A stretch of 55,603 bases of DNA, filler included, from Squatina squatina (Eukaryota), in NCBI GenBank assembly GCA_031763465.1. It is 4 parts of 4 records of this genome, joined end to end, with 100 filler letters (N's around TTAATTAATTAA, not from the genome) between each part and the next. Parts side by side here need not be neighbours in the genome. Positions count along the whole stretch, not along the records: positions 28,215 to 41,914 come from JARFOE010000176.1; positions 42,015 to 55,603 come from JARFOE010000013.1; 2 more parts are not named here. The stretch is one strand, 5' to 3'. Under the pieces are notes generated by a model that made no database searches, was not told where the DNA came from, and saw nothing but the letters and a program-made list of their open reading frames with translations. This document shows, in pieces, positions 40,025-50,567 of the stretch. A program made the translations under genes and the position numbers. The number at the start of each line of letters is the position of its first letter. Within the stretch, counting starts at the first letter, position 1.

Positions 40025-40130
40025 GTTGAAGAGCTTTATCGTGTAATCGATGGTCAGAATGAGACTCAGGCCAAGTTGAGGNNNNNNNNNNAGGGAGATG
40101 CTTCACAGAAGTCAGCTTGATAACCTGAAG
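40025..40130 (+). CDS. PDE4DIP: PDE4DIP internal coiled-coil exon, interrupted by a spurious 10-N gap
   Basis: Acceptor ccccccacctccag and donor AAG|gtaggc. VEELYRVIDGQNETQAKLR/REMLHRSQLDNLK matches the recalled human 'EELYQVIEGQNDTMAKLREMLHQSQLGQL'. Not in the ORF track. Confidence 0.9.
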
Positions 40131-41251
40131 GTAGGCAATGAGTAAAAGGATAACTTAAATAGCTTTGGACTGCACACTCTATACTTCAAACCTTTCCTGC
40201 CTTTCACTAATTTTGTCAATAATTCTGTACTTTATGCTCCTCCGAACTTATGCCATGTTCCTCATTAGCTCCAAATAAGTCTTCCTCATTCATTCCTTAT
40301 AAATTCCAAGTACATTATCCTAGGTACACTTTGGCCTCCCTGTTATCCCATCACTTTCATATCAAGATACACCCCACCATCTCTTAATCGAACCCTTTGT
40401 GTCCCAGGACCTCAAAAGCATGGAACCCATTATGCCCCTCAGGGTCCATTCTTCTATACGCCTCAGATTTTTTAAAACCGTAATCCTACCATCATCTCTT
40501 GATGTATTTTCTTTATTTTTCTATTCTTTCATTTTAGTAAAAGAAAACTGGGGAACAAGGGGCTCAAACAGCTCAGCACTTCAGTGCATTGCCTGGTATG
40601 TTGCTGAGTCACACAGGCCAGAAAGATTGTAGGTGGTCTCAGTTAGAGTACTGAGGTAGATGATCTCAGTTAGAGTACTGAGTTAGCTGATTTCAGGGGT
40701 GGTTCTAAGTGAGCTGATCTCAATGTGGGTGGTCAGCCTGCTGACTTCAGTGGAGTAATATTGAGATCAGAAACTGCAGCACCCCCACAACAGGCTCTTG
40801 AGTTAGGGAGGGAAATATAATTGTCCAAAGCTCTCATTCCTAATTGTTGCCTATCGAACCCTGTTGACGCTCATTCTTTAGATTTGAAAATACCCACTTG
40901 CATGGGGTGCCAGAAGGTTGCCAGTGGTCATGACACTGTTCCCCAGGGAGAATTTTAAAATTAAGATGTGATCCTTATTTTTCAATAGTTCATCATGTAC
41001 AATCAGTTAGGAGATAAATGACCAAGTAGTCATGTTTTAGTGGCGTTGGTTGTACACAATAATAATTCCTGCACATAAAGCTTATTTTCTGTTTTAACAC
41101 TTAAAAAAAATCACAAAGCCCTGCTGTGTTGGCTTTGATCATTTACTGGAGTATTTTAGCCAGCAGCAACAAGCAGTGTGATCTCATCTTCTAGTGCTAA
41201 TGATCTCATCAGAGCAGTAAATGGATGCTGCCAGAGTTGAGCATTCACATT

Positions 41252-41642
41252 GAAAGAAAGAAAGTGCATTTGCTTAGCGCGCCTCACAACCTCAGGACAT
41301 CCCAAAGTGCTTCACAGCCAATTAAATACTTTTGAAGTGTAATCACTGTTGTTGAGTAGGAAATTCGTGCATAGCAAAATCCCACAAGCAGAAATTAGAT
41401 AAATGACCAAATAATCTGTTCTTGGTGCTGTTGGTTCAGGGATAAGTGCTGTCCAGGACACTGAGACCTGTCCTACCCTTCTTCAAATAGTGAGAAGCAG
41501 ACGGGGCATCAATTTAACATCTCATCTGAAAGATGGCATTTCCAACAGTGCAGCACTCCCTCAGTACTGCACTGAAGTGTAAGACTAGATATGTGCTCAA
41601 GTCACTGGAGCGGAGAGGGTATTACCACTGAGCCAAGACTGA
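41252..41642 (-). mobile_element. Deu-domain SINE (SacSINE1-like)
   Basis: Reverse-complement similarity to 10303-10735, from the tail aaagaaagaaagtgcattt to the head ccactgagccaag. Confidence 0.8.
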
Positions 41643-41914
41643 TGGAAGTAGAGGCCTGAAAGTAAGCTACCTGCCTGACCTCCCTTAAGTTGGAGAGAGT
41701 GTGCGAGGAGGATAAGGGATCATTTTACAAGGTGTTGAAATAAGAAAGGATGATATAGATAATTCCACCAAAGATTTGAAAGCTTAAAAAGGCCTTTTTG
41801 TCTTCATTATTGCTTATATATATATTCCCTATTTCTCATTCCACTTCACTCCATACACACTTCTGTTTCCTCTGGGTTGTAGCATTGTGCATCCTGTCAG
41901 AGTACTGATGGACA

Positions 41915-42014
41915 NNNNNNNNNNNNNNNNNNNNNNNNNNNNNNNNNNNNNNNNNNNNTTAATTAATTAANNNNNNNNNNNNNNNNNNNNNNNNNNNNNN
42001 NNNNNNNNNNNNNN
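41915..42014. other. Artificial scaffold spacer (44N-TTAATTAATTAA-44N)
   Basis: Third identical spacer. Confidence 0.95.
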
Positions 42015-42248
42015 TTTTCATTATTTTACATCAGTTCTGTTTTCGTTTCCCTCTCATGGCTGTTGCTGTTTTTCCTCCGTTTACACCCTATCTTGATGTA
42101 ATGTGCTTCGTAATGTAGCCATTACCATTGCCTTGCATCATCTCTTAATCTCTTCTGCCTTCCACCCAATCATTGATCTTTCCCCTCTCCCTTTCTCTTC
42201 CCCCACCCCCACCAGTGCTTGAAAACCTGCTGTATTTCTGGCCTTTTT

Positions 42249-42287
42249 CAGTCCTGACGAAGGGTCATCGACCTGAAACGTTAACTC
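42249..42287 (+). ncRNA. Minimal type I hammerhead ribozyme motif within a Penelope-type 3' end (about 42110-42345)
   Basis: AGUC-CUGACGA-A-GGGUC-AUC-GACCU-GAAA-CG-UU-AACU, with a palindromic AACGUU stem III. Confidence 0.65.
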
Positions 42288-43474
42288 TTTTTCTCTCCAC
42301 AGACGCTGCCTGACCTGCTGTGTTTTTCCAGCATTTTGTGTTTATAATGAATGGAGATTATTTACTTACATTTCCATATAGAACACATGTACACCTGGTG
42401 AACAAATATTGGGATAAATACCTAAATGGCTGGACATTCAAATACTACACCCATTCTGACAGTTTGAGATACTCACCTGAGAGGCGGGAGGGGTGATTTG
42501 GTTAGGAACAGGTTTTTAAACCTGTATTTTGTGAACCTGGAGAAGTCTTCAGTGATATCAGTCTCTTTGTGTGGTGTGGGGATAAGGATGCAAGGACTAA
42601 CTCCTCCAGGTACTATGGGTGTCCAGCAACTCTGTCAAAGAGAAATATATTTGTTATTTTAATGAGAGCTCTGACCAGATGACATAGCACTCAGATACAA
42701 AAACCAAACTTTACTTTCATGCAGATTTTTGAGAAAGGGCTCCCTCTGCAGGTCTCAGTAAAAGGTTAATTTATAAAAGCAAATACTGGAGCATTCATTT
42801 CCCCTCCAAGATGAAACTAATTCGAATACAGATTAAAAATAAATTCAACCGCAAGCACTAACCCGCAATGTTTAGTTTACTGCAATTCAGAATTAGAACT
42901 TAAAGCTCTTGAATTATTTTTTTGTTACTGCAGAGTATGTCAGCAAAGCTACATAGAATTCTGGGTCCTTTTAAAACGGATTAACAGCAGTAACACTTAA
43001 AATAATGGAGTAATCGTCAAACAGCAAATGGTGTAACATTGTCAGGTCCAAGATTTGACTGGGCCAGCAGTGATCTGGAATGAACAAACCCCTGCGTAAA
43101 GAGAGCCCCCTCCTCTCGCCATGGCCAGAATTTCAGTAACAGTTCAGGCAGATTCCACTGCCCTTTTTTTTTTTAAAAAACACGTTTGCGAGGGAAAACT
43201 TCCCGCGTTTATTCATTTCCGTCTTAATTTAAGATGTAAATTTAAACATTTCAACCCCCGATTTCACCGTTTCAGACAACTTTCACGCGGATTGTCCTTG
43301 CAGTGNNNNNNNNNNNNNNNNNNNNNNNNNNNNNNNNNNNNNNNNNNNNNNNNNNNNNNNNNNNNNNNNNNNNNNNNNNNNNNNNNNNNNNNNNNNNNNN
43401 NNNNNACAGTGCTCTATGGGTTATTCTTAAAAGTAAATGCCTAGGAAACAATTTACTACTGCTTTTCTTTTTTA

Positions 43475-43775
43475 TTTGTCATTGGGATATGGGGAATATT
43501 GGCAAGGCCATATTTATTGTCTATCGCGGTTTCCCCTTGAATCACTTGATTCCCTTGATGGTATTAGGGGTCAGAAATTCCTGGATATTGACCCAGTGAT
43601 GATGAAGAAGCAGTGCTGTGTGTCCAGCTCAGGATATTTGTTTGACTTAGAGAGGAATTTGGAAGTGATGGTTTTCCCACAACATTGCTGCTCTTAGCCT
43701 TTAGAGTGGTAGAGGTCACGGGGAGAGGAATGCACAGTTGAGGTAAGATCACGGGGAAGCTGCTTACTTTGACCA
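43475..43775 (-). mobile_element. Decayed LINE 3' fragment, same family as 19067-19575
   Basis: Reverse-complement similarity: ggaatttggaagtgatggttttcccac...gtggtagaggtcacggg. Confidence 0.6.
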
Positions 43776-43813
43776 ACATATATAGCTGAAAATGTCCTTT
43801 CTGTTTTTTTTAG

Positions 43814-43898
43814 ATGAAATGAATGATCAACAGAACACTCTGTCATATATTCTCATCAATCCTTCACCAGATATAAGACTGGAAGTGAATGATGTTGT
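43814..43898 (+). CDS. KCNT2: Near-terminal exon of the Na+-activated K+ channel KCNT2 (Slick); KCNT1 not fully excluded
   Basis: Acceptor ctgttttttttag and donor GT|gtaagt. The 85-nt exon encodes [29 protein letters not shown], matching the recalled KCNT2 '[29 protein letters not shown]'. Confidence 0.9.
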
Positions 43899-44264
43899 GT
43901 AAGTATTTCATTTATTTTATTTTTTTAAGATATTAGATGGCGTAGCAACAGGTTCCAGCCAATCCAATTTGAACTGAGAGCCAAAAGAGAGCTCGAGAAT
44001 TTATGCTGGAGTGCCAGAGGGCAAACTCCGACTCATTGCCTGGTCCAGCTCATGCTCCAGAAAAATGATCCAGCAGACAATAGCTAGATTTATATTCCAA
44101 CTCTTACATTATAAGAAGAGTTCCATGGCAGAATATGCTGCAATTACCATGTCAGTTGGCCACCCCAGACAGCTCTGCCATCAACAAACCAGTAATGTAA
44201 ATGAGAAGGCATTGCTGTTCAAGCACAGCATCTAAAAGGGCTGATTTCTCTTGACATCTCCAGT

Positions 44265-44404
44265 AGGAACATTAGGAAGAGGAGTTGGCCATTCAGAACT
44301 ACCACCACCCCTGCCCCCAACCTGGGCCTGCTCCAACATTCAATTAGATCATGACTGATCTATACCTCAACTCCATTTTCCTGCCTTTGCTCCATATCCC
44401 TTAG
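44265..44404 (-). mobile_element. CR1/HER1 3' tail
   Basis: ggaacattaggaagaggagttggcccattcag...cattcaattagatcatgactgatct is the reverse complement of the tail type seen at 2531-2630. Confidence 0.7.
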
Positions 44405-47400
44405 GAGAACCGTTAGGAGAAGTGCAGGCCTTGGAGCTACCAGAGAGAAAGAGAGAGGTCCAGAGTGCCAGCCAACATTTTCATGAAGTTGGACACAGAA
44501 TAGCGATCTGATTTGTTGCTAAAACAACAATCTACAAAATGTATGTGACCTGTAGATTGCCACATCTGGTGAATCATTAGCTACACTGGCTGTTTAATCT
44601 CTATTCCTGCTCCTATATAAAGTACAGAGCTGAAACAAAACTGTTTAAATCCCATATAATATTCAAAGACTTATTTTTAAGTCACCTTGCATCATCTACT
44701 GTACAATACAAGAGAAAATCTAAATACAATCAAAATGATTTACAAGGTGAAATATTAAATATCAGCAATACCAGATCACACATACACAGATTGGACCCTG
44801 CCTCACTTTGCCAAGCCCCCAAACCAGTGATGTGTATGTATATACACAGTAACATTTTCCATCTACATCAGATTCTCACCATCATAATCTCCAGTAAGAT
44901 ATGGAGCATTTACCTGTATCTGGAACTGTCGCCTTCTCTTGCTCACTTCTGTTTCATGGCTATGCATACATTCCTGAAAAATATCAATTGTCATTGTATT
45001 AACCAGTTACCAGAATAAACTTTGCTTAGAATATTGTTAATAACTTTACACTGCTCACTTCAGGCTTCCTTCTCTTTGACTGGATAGTATCATCCTTTTG
45101 TTCTTCTGTTTTTGCTTGCTTGGCTTGTAAACGATCACTGTATTAATACACACAAAAATTGCTTTTAAGTATAAACTCTTCATTGTTTCCAAGTACATGA
45201 ACATAATAAAAAGGAGCATGTCTCACCTGCGCCTCGACATCCTCTTCACTGATGTAAAGCCCTTAAAATATGAATTATATAATATTACATACTGTATTGA
45301 TACTTTTAACGAGGCACATTGAATAAACCACATGACATTGGCTTCCTGCCAGCCTACCCAGACCTAGTGTCATATTTTAAAAATCCACGGTATAAGATAC
45401 TGATTAAAATTAAGTTTCTATAAAAAAGCAGCATTTTTACAAAACGGATTCTTTGAAACTGCCATGGGCGCACGAGCAGTCAATTTCAACTTTTAGATTA
45501 CATTCGCAAAAATGCTATCCCGTAGCAAACTTCTGTTTCTATCTATGCCCTTTATATTTTTCATCAATTAGGTGGATATTAACATATGAAAAGTATGTTC
45601 TTTGCAATTTTAAAGTTAGTTTATCTCCCACCCGGTTCCGCGCCAATTTACACAGAGCGGGTAAAGCCTGGATTGGACACTTTCTCACTTCTTCTCTGCC
45701 CAGCCGCCAAGCCAATAAAATACTGATCTTCCACAGGACGTTTTCAAACGTTCAGGGGTTGGCATCTAAAAACTGCTTTGTGGTCTGGTTACTTAAGCAG
45801 TTGAGCATTTTGTGGCCAATTGAGAGGTTATGAACTTGGGTTTTCCAGGTGCCAGTCACTCAGACTTGACTTAGTTGAATGAATTTCAGCAATTTTTAGT
45901 GGCATTGACACATGGTGTTAAAAAGTTGGTAGTATTGAGATCGCTGAGTTGTGCCAGACAGTGAGAAGAGAATTAAACACGATAAGAAGAATTGGAATCA
46001 AACATGGAAACATTAAAATAAACAAATCTAAATCAGGTTTGGAATATAGAACAAATATTGATTTAGAAGTAGGACATAAGAATCAGAACATAAGAATTCC
46101 CTTAATTCTCCTAGAGCCATTGTAGAGAACGATAAATAGAGATAAAAGATTTCGGGGGGGAAAAACTGCTCAAATGTGTGTACGATCATTGTGTGCATTT
46201 TGCAAAAACAGCAGGGGGAGCCACCCACCCATATACAATCAAATTTCAAACTAAAGGAAATTGAAATGTTTTCTCAAAGCAACTTGTCAGCTCGCTAGAA
46301 GCACTGAGTTGAGGCAACAGTATAATTAATAAATGATACTCCATCAAACATAATTGTACTTAAGCTAAACTAACAAATCACATAGATTGACTAACTATTA
46401 TGACTTGAAACAGGAATCAGTTATACTAGTTTGTGAACTTCAACTGATCCACCAAAGACAACTAGGATTGTGAACTCTGGTTGGAGGCATTCCTGGTTTT
46501 TTGATTTTGTGTTATTCTCTATATGTCATCTGACCATGTGATCACATGACTTTTACACATGATTGCATTTACGTTCTAAAGGTTGTGTCCCCTATAGTTA
46601 AGTATTTTTGCTCATGGTTTCATGCCAGCAGTTCTTGAGCGCCAAGTTCCAAAAACCAGGAGGCCATCCGAGAGCAGGCAAAGAGAGGATCCAAAAGTGG
46701 GGGAACGATTCACAAAGGGGAAACACAAGAGGTGGGAGGAACTTTGATTCTCACTGAAATTATACTGATAACGAACAGTAATACAATAACTCACTGAAAG
46801 TCGATAAAACTGGTAGTAGTAATAGGTAAAATGCCTCGATATCATAATTAGTAGTAATCCTATAACCTGCACCCTGAAACCATAGCCAGAATCTCCCTGC
46901 ATTGCACAAGGTGCGGTCAGGCTCCCCAGTTGATATCACTTTTAACAGGTTCGATCGATCTCCCTATCTCCTTGGAGTTTGGTTTGGACTCCGGTTCCAT
47001 GTGAAGGTAACAATTCTGAACTGGGAACCTCAATCAAAGCTACTCTGTATTTGGACTTCACACGTCAAAACTGNNNNNNNNNNNNNNNNNNNNNNNNNNN
47101 NNNNNNNNNNNNNNNNNNNNNNNNNNNNNNNNNNNNNNNNNNNNNNNNNNNNNNNNNNNNNNNNNNNNNNNNNGCAGTCTTCACCTGCGGTGTGACCACC
47201 TCCCTAAACGTGCTATCCACGTACATCTCCACTTCAGATGATTTCAGTATCCATTCAATACATTAAACCTCCAAATTTTCAAACTCTAAATTGGTCCAAA
47301 TCCACTTTAGCTCTTATTCGTGAGACCTTGAATAGTTCGAGGCAAAAGAAGCAAATAGGCATTATGTACTTCACGTCAGAGTCCTACACACAGAGTAACC

Positions 47401-49085
47401 TGCTCAGTGCTACCCCTAACAAAGTTGTCCTCCACTAGCCACACAGCTGTTTATGGTCACCCTGTCTGCTGCTTCTGTGCTAGTTTGCATCGCTTTTGTG
47501 TATGCACCAACAGTTTGTAAAAATCCAATTGAATTTTTCTTGAAGCAGTTATTGAATAGTTTTTAGTAGTTTGAGGGTCATTCAAATTTTAACATGCAAT
47601 GGTTTCTACAGTTTACTGCCACTTTGAAGTAGTTCATAAGCAGTAGATGTTAAACTCAAAATCAGTTTAAAAAAAATGGGACAGTGTTAATATACACACA
47701 CGGTATAAAAAAATGCGTGCAGTCCTGGAAAGTTATCGGCGCTAATTTTCAGAGAATTTTTTTTTTTTAAATGTCATGCGCATCGATCCATTTACTTCCT
47801 TTTCTCCTCCAGATCATGATTATCGACATTTTAAAAATTGAGAAGTCCTTATATTATCGCAGACGCTGAGCTTCCCTGCTGCCCTTACCCTAGCTGCTGA
47901 TCTGCTGAGAAAGATCTCAGCTGGCGCCGGCGCCAACAGTTTTAACAAGGGAACAGATCAAATGCGCATGTGTGTACTGTGTCACCCAGGTGAACACAAC
48001 CAGAACTTTTTTTTCCCCAACAGTAGTATTTCTTAATACAACTAAATCAAAATATCTTTATTAATCCAAAACACGGTTCGCTTTGCCAAATTACATTTTT
48101 GAAATGTTTTAATTTGATCAAATTACAGGCTTTTTTTAAAATAAACGCCTCCCCCTCCTCAAAGTCCCTCCTTCGGGGAGGAGATTTAAAACCCACCAAT
48201 AGCTACAACAAACCAGTCACACAACGTGATTTGGCTCCAAATGTAAACAGAAATTCCAGCAGATTGTCAGAAGTAGAGTTTAATCTACGTATTAACGTGT
48301 AACGTTGCATGTAAATATTATTTTAAAATACTCCTTAAAATAACCATGTTCATTTTCGGTATGTATTTAATTTGTTGTAATCAGGAAAAGCTTTCGACCA
48401 GATCCGATGGTAAAGGAGAAGTACAGTCCCCTGAATTGCCCCATAATCTTAAACATTATAATAAAAGGGTCGCATATCGGTGTTTCTCAGTCTTTAATAG
48501 TAACCCTGTTTCATGCTTTAAACTGGTGCTTAGAAACGGCCTGGGAACATAAGTTCTTCTGACGGGAACCTCATGAAATCCATTGATTTCGTGAAGAGGA
48601 ACAGTGGATTGTCAGCTGCATNNNNNNNNNNNNNNNNNNNNNNNNNNNNNNNNNNNNNNNNNNNNNNNNNNNNNNNNNNNNNNNNNNNNNNNNNNNNNNN
48701 NNNNNNNNNNNNNNNNNNNNNAATGCCGAGTCGATGCACTTCGCTGCCCATGGATAAAACGGGAAGTAAAACCTGTCTGAGCCTGTAAATTGCTGCCTAG
48801 ATTTATGTAGTTTGTTAACTGATATATCTTGTGACTAATAAATTGTTCCAGGTTGTTACTACTAGGTGGTCTACCGCCACTTATTATCAAGGTCCATTAG
48901 AGAAGGAAAAATCCTATTCGGAAGAAGCCTTACAGTCATGATCTGTTGTCATTTATACCTCCTCTAGACCCATCTTTTGCTTCTTTCCAACAGCAAAATA
49001 CTGCAGATGCTGAAAATTTGAACTAAAAACAGAAAATGCTGGAAACGCTCAGCGGGTCAGGCAGCATCTGCGGAGAGAGAAACAG

Positions 49086-49120
49086 AGTCAACGTTTCAGG
49101 TCTGACCTTTCATCAGAACT
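49086..49120 (-). ncRNA. Minimal type I hammerhead ribozyme motif within a Penelope-type repeat (48990-49135)
   Basis: Minus strand reads AGUU-CUGAUGA-A-AGGU-CAG-ACCU-GAAA-CG-UU-GACU. The core is intact and stems I and II pair fully (one G-U). Confidence 0.7.
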
Positions 49121-49607
49121 GGAAAAAGTTAGAAGTTTATTTCACCAACCATGGCCCACAGGATCAGGTTCTGGGCTGTTCTGCCTTTTGCTGGCAGTCC
49201 CTGTATCATTCTTTCATTTTGGTTTACTATTTACTTCGCTCTTGCATTGTGTTTCCTCCCCTCTCTTTCTTCCCTCTCCCCCTTCAGCCTTATAAAGACT
49301 GCCCGAAATGCCTTTTGAGTTTTTTTAAGTAAAGTAAGATTTTTTTGTCCCCTTACAAGTGGATCCATCCCTTTAAATTTCACCTATACCATGTTTTTCT
49401 GTGCTGCCACCCCCTCCCCCCCTCTCTCCACCACATTTAGGCTAGCTCCCGACACAAGGACAAAGCCATTGTGGGAGCTGTGAATAATTATGCAAATGAG
49501 CTGTCCATAGGAAATGATGTGCACTCAGCACATGACACTCCAGCTAGGTTTGTCGTGCTCCCTAGGCTTTCTGCGCTGAACTTTGACAAGATCCATAAAT
49601 CTACTCT

Positions 49608-49779
49608 GGTGTTAATTTTAACCTAACTCGTCAGGCAGGAAACCCACGGAACTGGGTGCAACACTGGTTTTATACCCCGGCCAATATTTTAGTGGAGAGT
49701 AAAATCAGGCGGGGTGCAAACCTATCGTTGCACCCGATCCCGTCAGTTTCCAGATCGGTGGGTCAGGTTAAAATTGCCC
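49608..49779. mobile_element. Fully palindromic MITE (Harbinger-like)
   Basis: Nested inverted pairs: ttaattttaacct/aggttaaaattg, gggtgcaac/gttgcaccc, ggaaac/gtttcc and acccc/ggggt. Confidence 0.75.
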
Positions 49780-50439
49780 TCTATGTCTCTGGGCTGACAT
49801 CTGCTTCAAGTGGTGATGCTTCAGTGCTGTTGTGAGGCTTGTCGTTGAGACAGCCCAGTGAGCCCCCTTGATGGTTCTGTCATATCTGTGGCAAGAAAAA
49901 AGGTGCATTAGCTATATGTGCATACTGCCATTTTGTAAGTGCACAGATAATACAGAGTACATGCACAGCACATCACATTTATTGGTTTGCACCATTTGCA
50001 ACACTGCTGTGCAAATGAAGTATGAGATTTCAGTTGTACAAACAAGTAGATTATTCCTCTCCTCCAGCTTGTGCACCACCCACGTTGTGTATTGCCTTCG
50101 ATTCAAGGACTCTGCAAAGGAAGTGAGGGTTTTGGTCTGCGCAGACTTTCTCTCAGTGCCTTCTATTGTCTGCTGGTTCTTGTAAGGAGAAAAAGTGCAT
50201 TGAGCGAGTGGCTATTTTGTGCTGAGCATTTCAGGGTGCAGGCCAGTTTTATGGCCCTATACCTGGCTTGTTATAAAGTATCTTTTTGGTGTAAATTATA
50301 TAGTGCAGTGACAGGAACAGAGCTCAACATAGTGATGTCATCCAACCCACTTACAACAGAGAAGCAGTGCTAACCGTTGCTGGTGAAACAAATAAAGCGC
50401 AGAGGTCCTGTTCACCTCACCTGTAGCGTTCACTCTTTA

Positions 50440-50567
50440 ATCAACAACAAGCACAACTGCATTTGTATAACAACAAGAACTTGTACTTATATAGCACTTT
50501 TAATGTAGTAAACTGTCCCAAGGCACTTCACGGATGTGTTACAAAACAAAATTTGACACCGAGCTAC
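50440..50567 (-). mobile_element. L2/Deu-SINE-type 3' tail
   Basis: aacaagaacttgtacttatatagcacttttaatgtagtaaactgtcccaaggcacttcac. Confidence 0.65.

Noticed and set aside
40025-43898. PDE4DIP-KCNT2 fusion or nested gene
   Set aside because: The exons are separated by an artificial scaffold spacer.
48385-48420. cgaccagatccg (RPDP) as the KCNT2 last exon
   Set aside because: It lacks the preceding YLI and a downstream ETQL-type C-terminus; probably coincidence.
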